A stretch of 64,000 nt of DNA. It comes from Nitrospira japonica (GTDB lineage: Bacteria > Nitrospirota > Thermodesulfovibrionia > Thermodesulfovibrionales > SM23-35). The stretch's first letter is position 1. The number at the start of each line of letters is the position of its first letter. Below the pieces are notes generated by a model. The model ran no database searches and was not told where the DNA came from. It saw nothing but the letters and a program-made list of their open reading frames with translations. A program made the position numbers and the translations under genes. The stretch lies in the NCBI GenBank assembly GCA_020725385.1, contig DYFC01000054.1, forward strand, positions 58,555 through 122,554, given 5' to 3'. Shown one piece after another: positions 49,476 to 59,233 of the stretch.

Positions 49476-51506
49476 TTATTCGGTTATTGCTGAACCACCT
49501 GCCCATTGAGCAATTCGGAATATTACAAATTCTGCTGGTTTCACAGGCGCTACTCCAATAACACAGATAAGCCTGCCATTATCTATATCATCCTGTGTCA
49601 TAGTTGTTCTGTCACATTTTACAAAGAAAGCTTCTTCAGCTTTTGTTCCCATAAGAGCACCTTCCCGCCACACCCTTGTGAGAAATTCTGTTATAGTAGC
49701 CCTCACTCTTGCCCACAGCTTTTCATTATTAGGCTCAAAAACAACCCATTGGGTTCCTTCATCAATAGATTCTTCAAGATAGAGAAAAAGACGTCTTACA
49801 TTTATATACTTCCAGAGGGAATTTGATGAACATGTACGGGCTCCCCATACTCTTATGCCTCGTCCTGGAAACGCACGTATAAGATTGATGCCCGCTGGAT
49901 TTAATATATCTTGCTCACCTTTATTTAATTGATATTTAAGATCAACAACACCTGAGAGTTTTTCATTTGCTGGAGCTTTATGGACTCCTCTTGCTTGGTC
50001 GCTTCTTGCATAAATTCCCATTACTGCTCCTGATGGTGGAATAAATATATCTTTCTTTTCCAATGAGTCATAAACTTTTATCCAGGGATGATACAATGCA
50101 GCATATGAAGTATCAATAAGATTTCTGTGAGCTTGTAAATCAGATACTTTCTGAGCATTTTCCTGCATATCAAGAACTGCAAATCTATCTTTAAGGTTCT
50201 CACAATGAGCTATCAAAGCAAGCTGGACATTTATATCAGTTATACCTGGCGCTGCAATAATATTTACTTCATCAATATCTTTAAATGCTTCAATCCCAGA
50301 ACGTTTGCCCGGCCCATTATCAAGTCCCTTAAAGTCAGATGCAGTAAGCCCGGAAATAGTTCCATCACTTCCGTTTGCTAGTTTAATATAAAGTTTTCCA
50401 TTTATAAGATCATTGTTTGTTGGCATATCAAATGGGTCTGTACGGGTATAATCTGCTGAGGCAGAATAAGGTGATTTAAGAGTTATTAATGATGAACGAT
50501 TATTGACAACTTTAATAAAATAATTTGATGCATCAGGATTCATTGAGAGATAATTAAATGTTTCCACGTCATTTTTATAAATTACCTGAAGATCAAACTC
50601 ACATGTTGAAATTGTTTTTATCGGAGGTGCTGATGTATCAATAACTCCTGCATCTCCAGTAAGATGAGAGGAAAGTGTAATTATATCGTCTTGAATTGAA
50701 GTAATTTTTCTATATTGTTTGTTTGAACCATTATCATAGACAATGATTGCTCCTTTATAAAATCCGTTTTTATTCTTTATCTTGTAACGCGTAGAAGTTG
50801 CTGCATCTCCTATAACTTCTATTATCTGTGTCTTTGCCTGAGAAGATGGCATACTGCGTATAATAATATCTTCTCCCCAGTCACCTTTGTTTATTGCAAA
50901 AATATCAAGTGTCTTAGATGCAGCTGATGCTCCTCCTGCAAGTGTTGAAACAATTACACGGGTAGAATTTTTTGGATAGTTGCTGCCAATGGGGTTGCTC
51001 AATGTTACTGAATTTGATGAGTTGTTGTAAGAAGATATTGTTAAACCTGAATGTGATGATTCTACAGAGCCATCAGCTCTTAACTTTTCAAGACTAAGAC
51101 TGCTTGTTGTATCAATACCATGAAGTGATTCAAGCTTTAATACTGTATCTCCATTATTACAATCTTCAGTAAGTTGTGTAATTACGCCGCAATTTATAGA
51201 CATGTTTTTTGCTTCCAAAGCATCTGATGGCAGCACTCTTAGAACATAACACCTGCTTCCGCCATTCATAAAAAAACTCTCAACAGCATAAGGAAGAAAA
51301 CGATAATTGCTATAGCTTTCAGGTAAATATGAACCAAACTTTCTTTGAAATTCACCAAAACTCGTTATGAGTTCTGGCAACCCTTCTGCTGGCCCTTTTT
51401 CTGCAACACCAAGAAAACCTGCTGTACTTGTACTAACGCCTTCAATTGGCTTTGCGCCGATCTCTATTTCCTCAATATATACACCCGGTGATAAATACTC
51501 TGGCAT
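49476..51506 (-). CDS. Contractile tail sheath protein
   Basis: MPEYLSPGVYIEE, PPSG..G..AR.D..RGVHKAPAN, VWGART, YINVRRL, WVVFEPN, APVKPAEFVIFRI. Confidence 0.98.
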   Translation of the reverse strand: MPEYLSPGVYIEEIEIGAKPIEGVSTSTAGFLGVAEKGPAEGLPELITSFGEFQRKFGSYLPESYSNYRFLPYAVESFFMNGGSRCYVLRVLPSDALEAKNMSINCGVITQLTEDCNNGDTVLKLESLHGIDTTSSLSLEKLRADGSVESSHSGLTISSYNNSSNSVTLSNPIGSNYPKNSTRVIVSTLAGGASAASKTLDIFAINKGDWGEDIIIRSMPSSQAKTQIIEVIGDAATSTRYKIKNKNGFYKGAIIVYDNGSNKQYRKITSIQDDIITLSSHLTGDAGVIDTSAPPIKTISTCEFDLQVIYKNDVETFNYLSMNPDASNYFIKVVNNRSSLITLKSPYSASADYTRTDPFDMPTNNDLINGKLYIKLANGSDGTISGLTASDFKGLDNGPGKRSGIEAFKDIDEVNIIAAPGITDINVQLALIAHCENLKDRFAVLDMQENAQKVSDLQAHRNLIDTSYAALYHPWIKVYDSLEKKDIFIPPSGAVMGIYARSDQARGVHKAPANEKLSGVVDLKYQLNKGEQDILNPAGINLIRAFPGRGIRVWGARTCSSNSLWKYINVRRLFLYLEESIDEGTQWVVFEPNNEKLWARVRATITEFLTRVWREGALMGTKAEEAFFVKCDRTTMTQDDIDNGRLICVIGVAPVKPAEFVIFRIAQWAGGSAITE

Positions 51507-51575
51507 TTTTCCCTCCTTTTAAAATTTGTTCTAATAAATTTAATAATGTTTACATTGAGAAAGAAGAGTTATTTT

Positions 51576-52145
51576 CTATGGGAATGGTATAACCCCTATA
51601 GAAACCGTTCTTCTCTCAAGAACATCGGCAGAGATTACTTTTGTATCACCGCCTTTCTGTATATTTATTTGTATATGCTCATTTTTAATATCCTTAAAAT
51701 AAAGAGCAAATTCACCTCTTTCATCTGTCATAGTCTCAATTTGTTTACTTATAACCTTAATTGATGCATTTTCAATAGGACCTGCTATGCCGGTAACTAT
51801 ACCTCTTATTAATGTTGCATTTTCAGGAAAAGGATATGCTGGATTAGGAATTAAATTTATAGTTACTACAGGGTTTTTCGGGTCAAGAGAAGATATATCA
51901 ATTTGTTTATTAACTGGGAAAAATATTTCACTATCAATCGCTACTAAATAGTTATCTTCTTTAATATCTGTAAAAATAAAATAACCGCTTGGATTTTTAT
52001 AAGCTATTTTGTTATTTTCTGGTATTGACACTCTAATTGAATTAAGAACCATTTCACCAGTGAAGCTATCAGTAACCCGTAAAGCTATAGATAGTTTAGT
52101 AATTAAACTATCAGTTATATAGAAATTATCTATCGTTGGGTTCAT
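51576..52145 (-). CDS. Carboxypeptidase-regulatory-like (beta-sandwich) eCIS accessory protein
   Basis: L.PNPAYPFP..ATLIRG.V, TDERGEF; lies between DUF4255 and the sheath gene. Confidence 0.7.
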   Translation of the reverse strand: MNPTIDNFYITDSLITKLSIALRVTDSFTGEMVLNSIRVSIPENNKIAYKNPSGYFIFTDIKEDNYLVAIDSEIFFPVNKQIDISSLDPKNPVVTINLIPNPAYPFPENATLIRGIVTGIAGPIENASIKVISKQIETMTDERGEFALYFKDIKNEHIQINIQKGGDTKVISADVLERRTVSIGVIPFP

Positions 52146-52149
52146 AGAT

Positions 52150-52743
52150 TTATCCGCTGTTCCTTTTTGAAATTAGATGTCCATTATCTATTTCTTTAGA
52201 AATAACACGTTGCATACTCATTTCAATTGATGAATCTATAAGCACAGGAGTCACCATATAACTAATTGATAGTTTGTAAGGCACATCCTGAAAAGTACCC
52301 CATAACTTTGTAAGATCATCAATCGAAAGTGGATTGAAAATAATCTTAATTTCATTATTGCTACCCGAGAGGCTACCCTGAAGAACACTACCAGATAGTA
52401 CAGGGTTGTTGAAAAATACCTGCATTACTTTTCCAAGAATATATTTTTCCTGTGCAGGGTCATTGCTATATGTAGTAACAAGATAGAAAAGCTCAAGAAA
52501 TAAAGGAGGTTGAAGCACTCTGTTACTATCTATTATCTGCATCTTTTCATTTTTTAAAAAAATGTTTTCAGTAATTTGATAAAGAAAAATCAATACTTTA
52601 TTTGGATTGCCTGACTCGTTAATTATTTCTTTTGGTGATTTAAGGCTTATCATTGGTTTCGGACTTATGCCAGTCCATGGATCATCTTCCAGCAACTTCT
52701 GCAAGGTTTCGCTCACATCTCCTATAACTGTATAATTACTCAT
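52150..52743 (-). CDS. DUF4255 / Pvc16-Afp16 cap-terminator protein
   Basis: IFLYQITEN..LKN, PPL.LEL.YLVT, LGKVMQVF, LW......YKLSISY.V.PV.I. Confidence 0.9.
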   Translation of the reverse strand: MSNYTVIGDVSETLQKLLEDDPWTGISPKPMISLKSPKEIINESGNPNKVLIFLYQITENIFLKNEKMQIIDSNRVLQPPLFLELFYLVTTYSNDPAQEKYILGKVMQVFFNNPVLSGSVLQGSLSGSNNEIKIIFNPLSIDDLTKLWGTFQDVPYKLSISYMVTPVLIDSSIEMSMQRVISKEIDNGHLISKRNSG

Positions 52744-54938
52744 TGGCATCCCATCTCAAGCATTTCATAATATTCTCCAAAATCATTTTTAAGACATAAT
52801 TTCCCTATTTTTTCATATTCCATTTTTACAGCATTTATAAGATGAAAGATATTGATTTCTTTATTTTCAGATGCTGCAAGAAAAGCAGCATTAGTGGCAA
52901 CATTTCTTATATTGCCTCCTGAGAGCTTGAATTGACGGGCAAGAAAATTAAAATCTATGTCACTATTTAAAGGAGTATTTTCAGGAAATATAGAAAGCCA
53001 TATATCTTTTCTCATGGTTTCATCAGGATAAGGAAAATCTACAATATAATGCATTCTTCTTACGAATGCATCATCTATATTGCTTCTGAGATTTGTTGCA
53101 AGTATAACTATGCCGTTATACTCTTCGATTTTTTGTAAAAGATAAGCGATCTCTATATTTGCATAACGATCGTGTGCATCTTTTACTTCAGAACGTTTCC
53201 CGAAAAGGGCATCTGCTTCATCAAAAAAAAGTATAACATTGCTATTTCCTGCTGCTGTAAATATTTTGTCAAGATTTTTTTCTGTTTCACCTATATATTT
53301 ACTTACTATTCTTGAAAGGTCTATTCTGAAAATATCAATATTTAGTTCTTTTGCGATTATCTGGGCAGCCATTGTTTTGCCAGTGCCGGATGAACCTGAA
53401 AAGAGTACATTCAACCCATTTCCCATAGAAAATTTTTTCCCGAGACCCCACTCGCCAAGAACTTTATGCCTGAATTTCACATAATTACATATATTGCGCA
53501 ACACATTTTTTTTATCAGGAGGCAGAATAATATCGTTCCATGAATATGTGTAATCTAATTTTCTGGCAAGATAATTTAATTCTGAATCAGAATAAAGACG
53601 GCATGCATTATATATATCTTCAGGTTCAATTTGATTATTTCCATGTTGCCATAAGGCTAAATTACGGGCTGTTTCCAGAGCAATCTTTATCCTTCCCTCT
53701 GTAAAATGAAATTTGGAAGCTATTTCTTCTATATAATTAGAATTAATATTTCTACGGGTTCCGTTTAAATAAGTCTCCCATATATTTTTTCTTTCAAGAT
53801 CATCAAATTCAGGGAATTCAATATCTATAAATGAAAAATTATCTATAAAGGATGCATTATTGCATGGTTTTTTACTTAGGATAAAAGTTAATTTTGAGAA
53901 TGTCTTTAATGAATCTATTAAATAAAATATCATTGAAGCTTTTTCATTGTTTTCTGTTAAAGCTTCAATATTATCAATACATAGTGCTCCTTGTTGTAAA
54001 ATACATTCTCTTCCAAGAATCCATGAAAGTTCACCAAAACTAATAGGTTCTGTAATGAGTCTTTCAATATCAGAATATAAAACAGGAATCCTGAGGCTAT
54101 TACATATCCTTCTTACAGTGGTTTTTCTTCCTGAACCTTTCTTTCCATGAAAATAGAAAACGAGGTTTTTATTTGTTGGGTTTTGCTTACTAAAGTATCC
54201 GTCGACAAAATTAATAGTTTTTTGAATAAGACAATCTTGAAAATGGTCTTTGTGATAATTATTTTTACTTGTCAGATATTTAACAGATCTACCGAGTCTA
54301 ATATCTATAATATTTAAGCCTAACAAAAAAGAAGTAATACGCTCATCTAATTTTGTTGATTTTGAAAGAAGAGAACCAGGATTATCAGAAGATGTATCAT
54401 ATAATTGAATTAATCTGAATTTGCTTAAAGGAGCAGAGTGAAAAAAAGAAGAAAGGTGCAAGAGTCTTTCTTTATCTGAAGAAAATAAAAGATTTAAAAT
54501 CAGGTTAACAGTAGGTTTTTTAATAGTAATATCATCCTGTATGTACGCAAATAACTTTTCATATTTTTTATTCAATTCAGGAGCAAGGCAGATTAAAATA
54601 CACTTTTCTTCAAAATTATTCAGATGGAATAAACTTGAAAGATGTGGTAGTGAAAGATAGATTCCTTTGTTTAAACTAATTTTTTTACGGCTATCGATAA
54701 TTGTTTTAAGTTTCTTAACTTCCTGAAGTAAATCTGCTATTTCTTCATCTTCATTCCTTTCCAAAGAAAAATTTAGAAGGTTATTAATCTCTCCGTCTTC
54801 AATAACAAGACCCTTTAAATTGTTTCTGGTTGTATCATAAAGTTTCTGCTGTCTTAAGATATTGGTTTTTATAACCAAATCAAGCCATTTAAGTTCATCT
54901 GATAAATGCTCATAACTATCGGTATATGCTTCCTGCAT
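52740..54938 (-). CDS. eCIS AAA+ ATPase (Afp15/Pvc15-like)
   Basis: LAPEL..KYEKLFAYIQDD; Walker A GSSGTGKT; VSKYIGETEKNL; FFDEADALFGKRSEVKDAHDRYAN. Confidence 0.95.
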   Translation of the reverse strand: MQEAYTDSYEHLSDELKWLDLVIKTNILRQQKLYDTTRNNLKGLVIEDGEINNLLNFSLERNEDEEIADLLQEVKKLKTIIDSRKKISLNKGIYLSLPHLSSLFHLNNFEEKCILICLAPELNKKYEKLFAYIQDDITIKKPTVNLILNLLFSSDKERLLHLSSFFHSAPLSKFRLIQLYDTSSDNPGSLLSKSTKLDERITSFLLGLNIIDIRLGRSVKYLTSKNNYHKDHFQDCLIQKTINFVDGYFSKQNPTNKNLVFYFHGKKGSGRKTTVRRICNSLRIPVLYSDIERLITEPISFGELSWILGRECILQQGALCIDNIEALTENNEKASMIFYLIDSLKTFSKLTFILSKKPCNNASFIDNFSFIDIEFPEFDDLERKNIWETYLNGTRRNINSNYIEEIASKFHFTEGRIKIALETARNLALWQHGNNQIEPEDIYNACRLYSDSELNYLARKLDYTYSWNDIILPPDKKNVLRNICNYVKFRHKVLGEWGLGKKFSMGNGLNVLFSGSSGTGKTMAAQIIAKELNIDIFRIDLSRIVSKYIGETEKNLDKIFTAAGNSNVILFFDEADALFGKRSEVKDAHDRYANIEIAYLLQKIEEYNGIVILATNLRSNIDDAFVRRMHYIVDFPYPDETMRKDIWLSIFPENTPLNSDIDFNFLARQFKLSGGNIRNVATNAAFLAASENKEINIFHLINAVKMEYEKIGKLCLKNDFGEYYEMLEMGCQ

Positions 54939-55078
54939 ATCCTTCCTTTTTATTTTTACATTTATACTTTTAGCCCTTTTTAAAACAGGTAATTAAAAAG
55001 GTGAAATAAAACAATCCTGAATCTTCCAGGACAATACTAAAGAAAGGGTAATAGTTCAGTTATATTTAATGGCTTAAC

Positions 55079-55444
55079 CTATGGCAAATGCCTGCCTATT
55101 TTTTCGATCAAATCTCTTGGTCTAACAGGTTTTGGTATATAGTCATCAAACCCGTGCATCTTGAAGCCGTCATTGGGATTATTTATTTTTTCCGCAGTTA
55201 ATGCGATAGATGGTATATTCTTCGTTGATGACTCTGATTTTAGTATTTTAATCGCATCAAATCCATTCATTACAGGCATTTGTATATCCATTAAAATAAG
55301 ATTAGGCCTTTCCTGCATCGCTACTCTAATACCTTCTGCTCCATTTTTTGCCTGAAGTGGTTCATACCCTCCACATTTGAGGACTGTACAAAATAACTGT
55401 AAATTTTCCTCGTTATCCTCGATTACCAGGACTCTTTTGCCCAT
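55079..55444 (-). CDS. Single-domain response regulator (CheY/DivK-like)
   Basis: VLVIEDN, LILMDIQMPVMNG, IALTA, YIPKP. Confidence 0.92.
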   Translation of the reverse strand: MGKRVLVIEDNEENLQLFCTVLKCGGYEPLQAKNGAEGIRVAMQERPNLILMDIQMPVMNGFDAIKILKSESSTKNIPSIALTAEKINNPNDGFKMHGFDDYIPKPVRPRDLIEKIGRHLP

Positions 55445-55788
55445 TTTTTTATCTCCCTCAATAAAAAGACAGGTTTTTAATACCTTATTGTTATTAAAGA
55501 ATTAAAAAATCTTAATCCTTTAATCCCTATCAGCCTTCTACTATATCTATAAAATATTTATCACATGCTAAACAAAAAATCAAGTAAAAAATTAAGCAAT
55601 TGATATTTATGTTAAATAAAGAATGGAATATTGGTAGAATTTTTTAAGAAATTATAGGAATATTATTAACTTATGATTAATTTTTTGTGCTTCCAAATTT
55701 ATTCGGAGATTGCATTTTTCATGTTAATAGTAAAAGATGCAGGGTCCTGACCAAGATGCTTGAAATATTCCAAAAAACAAGATGATAA

Positions 55789-56508
55789 TTATTTTAGTGC
55801 CTTGTGTAAAGCTACGATTCCACCTGCCATAAGTCTATGTTCCACATTTTTCCATCCAGCAGATTCTATAAGCGAAGAGAGTTTTTCCGGGGAAGGAAAA
55901 TCTTTAATAGTATTTCCAAGATATTTATATGCTACTGGATCCGAACCAAAAACTCGGGCTATTAGAGGTGCAAAATTCATGAGATAGAAAAAATAGATTT
56001 TAGAAAAAACAGGGTTTACTGGCTGGCTGAATTCAAGGCATACAAAACAACCCCCGGGACGTGTTACTCTATGAAACTCTTTTAATGCTTTTAGTCTATT
56101 CTTTATATTGCGCAAACCAAAGGTTATTGTGATCGCGTCAAATTTTTCATCGTTATAAGGTAAATTTTCAGCATTACCTTCTGTAAAATTAATTTTATTT
56201 TCAAGTCTTAATTTTGTGACTTTTTTCTTGCCGATCTCAATTAATTCTTTTGAAAAATCCAGACCTTCAATATTTGCTCTACCTTTCCAGAATCTGCATA
56301 ATTCTATTGCCATATCTCCTGTGCCTGTACAGACATCAAGGATATTATTGCAACTTATAACTCCTGTTTCATATGCAACCTGTTTTCTCCATCCAAAATC
56401 GAGTCCGAGACTCAAGACATGATTCAGCAAATCATAACGATTTGCGATACCAGAAAACATTTGTTCGACTTTTTTTGCATCGCGTTCTTTATAATCTATT
56501 GTATTCAT
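55789..56508 (-). CDS. menG: Demethylmenaquinone methyltransferase
   Basis: MFSGIANRYDLLN.VLS.G, LDVCTGTGD, FGLRN, LEFS, YKYL. Confidence 0.93.
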   Translation of the reverse strand: MNTIDYKERDAKKVEQMFSGIANRYDLLNHVLSLGLDFGWRKQVAYETGVISCNNILDVCTGTGDMAIELCRFWKGRANIEGLDFSKELIEIGKKKVTKLRLENKINFTEGNAENLPYNDEKFDAITITFGLRNIKNRLKALKEFHRVTRPGGCFVCLEFSQPVNPVFSKIYFFYLMNFAPLIARVFGSDPVAYKYLGNTIKDFPSPEKLSSLIESAGWKNVEHRLMAGGIVALHKALK

Positions 56509-57324
56509 CTATTTTAATAAAGTCTTTTTTCTTAAACTCCTGCACCGGCAGGTTTTTTTATTTCTGTTTTTAACTTTTCTTAAGCTTTCAACAATAATCC
56601 TGCCCATATTTATAGCTTCATTGTAAAAAATTTTTTTTAATTCTTTATGACTCCAATCCGGTTTAATTCCTTCTGCCCTATTTACAATTAAATATATACC
56701 TCCATAACAGGCTCCTATCTCACGTGCAAGATATACTTCAGGACATAAACTCTGACCGATTACATCTCCGCCAAGCTTTTCGATCATTCTAACTTCAGCA
56801 GGGCTTTCAAAATGCTTTCCATCTGTAACAGCGTATATTCCCTTATGAGTATTCCTCTCAGGAAATAGATCGGATACTGTTTTTTCAATAATCTGTGAAA
56901 GAGCAGGGCATATCGGATCTCGCATTATTAAAAGATATTTATCAGTAAGATGAATATCTTTTCTCAGCGAGAAATCAAGATAATCATCAGGTATAATAAA
57001 ATCGCAAAGATTGAAGTTTCTGTTTATTGCTCCAACTCCGCCTTCAACAATAATATCTTTAACTCCTGCTTTTTCAAATACCCAGAATATTTGAAGCGAG
57101 GCATCGGCACGTTTAACACCCTTTCTCCAGCCATGCATCTTGAGTGTTATAATAGGCTCTCCGTCTATTTCAAAAAATGTAAATTCAGGTGAATCTCCAA
57201 AAGGAGTAGGATACATCCGCTTTTCTAAGACTTTTATACCCTTTATTTTTAAGTCTTCTGGAAAATTTAACGAATAGGTGCTTGAGCCACCAATAAATGC
57301 AATATTCGTTTTAATTAAAGACAT
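56509..57324 (-). CDS. MTAP-family purine nucleoside phosphorylase
   Basis: IAFIGGS, TPFG, GGVGAI, G.HFESPAE, DVIGQS..PE..LARE, VN.AEG. Confidence 0.85.
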   Translation of the reverse strand: MSLIKTNIAFIGGSSTYSLNFPEDLKIKGIKVLEKRMYPTPFGDSPEFTFFEIDGEPIITLKMHGWRKGVKRADASLQIFWVFEKAGVKDIIVEGGVGAINRNFNLCDFIIPDDYLDFSLRKDIHLTDKYLLIMRDPICPALSQIIEKTVSDLFPERNTHKGIYAVTDGKHFESPAEVRMIEKLGGDVIGQSLCPEVYLAREIGACYGGIYLIVNRAEGIKPDWSHKELKKIFYNEAINMGRIIVESLRKVKNRNKKTCRCRSLRKKTLLK

Positions 57325-58375
57325 TTAAAATATTAAACTCCGTATCCCTTAGCGCGGGTATTTTTCCTGCATTTTTTATTAAATCAACCATCTCATCAAC
57401 AGTCATTTTATATGAAACACCTGCTGCTTTTACAACATTTTCTTCGATCATTATACTGCCGAGATCATTTGCTCCAAAATGAAGACACATCTGCCCTATA
57501 TCTTTTCCCTGTGTAACCCATGACCCCTGAATATTAGTGAAATTATCAAGAAACAATCTGCTTATTGAGAGCATTTTTAGATATTCAAAGGATGAAACTG
57601 ATCTGCCTCCCAATTTTGTATTCCCAGGTTGAAATGTCCAAGGGATAAATGAAATAAAGCCATTGGTTTTATCTTGCAAATCTCTTATTTTTCTAAGATG
57701 TTCTATTCTATCTTCAATACTTTCAACAGTTCCGATCATCATTGTAGCAGTAGTTTTTAATCCAAGAGAATGCCCAGCTTCCATAACTTCAAGCCATTGT
57801 TGTGACATTATTTTTTTTGGACTTACACGTTGTCTTACATGATCAACAAGTATTTCTGCACCACCTCCTGGGAGGGAATCAAGTCCTGCTGAGATTAGCT
57901 CTTTGAGAGTGTCTTGAATTGATAATCCTGATATTTCTGCAAGATATGCTACTTCTGGAGGAGATAGGCTATGAATCCTGATATTGTAATTTTTCTTGAT
58001 TTCTTTAAACATATTAATGTAAAAATCAAGCTTAAGATCAGGATTGATTCCACCCTGAAGCATTACCTGTGTGCCCGAGAGTTCTATTGTTTCCTCAATC
58101 TTTTTGTTGATCTCATCCTGTGTTAATACATAGGCTTCAGGATGACCTTTTGGACGATAAAAAGCACAGAATAAGCATTCATTTCTACAAACATTTGTAT
58201 AATTGATATTACGGTCTATCTGGAATGTAGCAATTCCTTCAGGATGTTTTATTTTGCACAAAGTGTCAGCCGCATTTGCAAGTTCAAGCAAATCAGCTTC
58301 TTTAAATAAAAAAACTGCTTCATCCGGTGTAATACGTTCTTTTATTGATTTATCGATTATTATCGAAACATTCAT
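57311..58375 (-). CDS. mqnC: Cyclic dehypoxanthine futalosine synthase (radical SAM)
   Basis: IDRNINYTNVC..C.FCAF, LQGG, PGGGAEIL, FIPWTFQ, IQGSWVTQG, GANDLGS.MIEENV. Confidence 0.92.
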   Translation of the reverse strand: MNVSIIIDKSIKERITPDEAVFLFKEADLLELANAADTLCKIKHPEGIATFQIDRNINYTNVCRNECLFCAFYRPKGHPEAYVLTQDEINKKIEETIELSGTQVMLQGGINPDLKLDFYINMFKEIKKNYNIRIHSLSPPEVAYLAEISGLSIQDTLKELISAGLDSLPGGGAEILVDHVRQRVSPKKIMSQQWLEVMEAGHSLGLKTTATMMIGTVESIEDRIEHLRKIRDLQDKTNGFISFIPWTFQPGNTKLGGRSVSSFEYLKMLSISRLFLDNFTNIQGSWVTQGKDIGQMCLHFGANDLGSIMIEENVVKAAGVSYKMTVDEMVDLIKNAGKIPALRDTEFNILNVFN

Positions 58376-58383
58376 GTAGACTC

Positions 58384-59223
58384 TTACCTTTTTATATCTT
58401 GATATATATCGAAAAACTCAAGCTCTGGAATGTAGCTGAGTTCTCCTATTTCCGCAGCTTTGTTATAAAAGAAAAGTAATCCTTTTTGATATTCTTCCTC
58501 GAATCCAAAGTGTAAAGACCTGAAATATTCCATCATGGAATTGGAACTGAATGGTTCCCAGCGTTCGGCATAATCAGATATTTCCTGCAAATGGTCCATT
58601 GAATAGTCCATTGATTTTTTGAAAAGATCAAAAACATATTTGCACAATTCTTTCTTATTTATAGCAAAGTCTTTATTTATAGCCCAAACAGCATAAACCA
58701 TCTTATGACCTGTAAGTTTATTCCATTCATACCCGAGATCGTAAACATACATGCTTTTCCCGTTTAAATAATACTTTAGTGCAACATCTCCTATGAGCAA
58801 ACAAGCGTCTGATTCTGAAAGCATCTTCTCTGGTTCTGGAGGTGCTACGAAATACTCAGGCTTTATATTATAAGCATTAAATATTAATTTTAATAAGACA
58901 TGGGACGTTGCAGAAGTGCTTGTTAAAGCAATCTTTTTCCCTGGTAGCCTGTCGAGAGGATAGCGGCTCAAAAGAATAATGCTTTTAACTTCCTTATCAG
59001 AGCTTACTGTAAAATCAGGGAAAAGCATTAGTGACTTATAATTGCGGGCATATTCTATTGATGAAATTGGTGAAATATCAAGTTTTCCATTTATAAGAAG
59101 ATTATTCAGTTCAGTCGGATTTCCTTTAATAAGTTCAATATCAAGCAATGCATGACTTTTAACAAGTCCATAGTATAAAGGAAGACAGTTTAAAAATTGT
59201 ATATGTCCAACTCTCGGTTTCAA
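58384..59223 (-). CDS. mqnA: Chorismate dehydratase
   Basis: VGHIQFLNCLP, P.ELN, ISSIEY, V.SI, SATS, LLIGD.AL, DLG.EW..TG..MVYAVW. Confidence 0.9.
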   Translation of the reverse strand: MKPRVGHIQFLNCLPLYYGLVKSHALLDIELIKGNPTELNNLLINGKLDISPISSIEYARNYKSLMLFPDFTVSSDKEVKSIILLSRYPLDRLPGKKIALTSTSATSHVLLKLIFNAYNIKPEYFVAPPEPEKMLSESDACLLIGDVALKYYLNGKSMYVYDLGYEWNKLTGHKMVYAVWAINKDFAINKKELCKYVFDLFKKSMDYSMDHLQEISDYAERWEPFSSNSMMEYFRSLHFGFEEEYQKGLLFFYNKAAEIGELSYIPELEFFDIYQDIKR

Positions 59224-59233
59224 CTCAAACTCC

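Larger units (their letters stand above)
33023..54938 (-). other. Extracellular contractile injection system (eCIS) structural locus
   Basis: Co-oriented AAA+ ATPase, DUF4255, sheath, two tubes, LysM, gpD/gpV, PAAR, gp25, two baseplate J genes, tail I and fibre. No capsid, portal or terminase, and no TssJLM membrane complex. Confidence 0.93.

Noticed and set aside
33023-54938. Prophage or type VI secretion system
   Set aside because: There are no capsid, portal, terminase, integrase or replication genes and no TssJLM/ClpV/TssBC. The DUF4255, Afp15-like ATPase and DUF4157 genes indicate an eCIS.
21516-55788. Recently integrated genomic island with att sites
   Set aside because: No tRNA, integrase, transposase or flanking direct repeat was found by eye, and base composition looks similar to the flanks.
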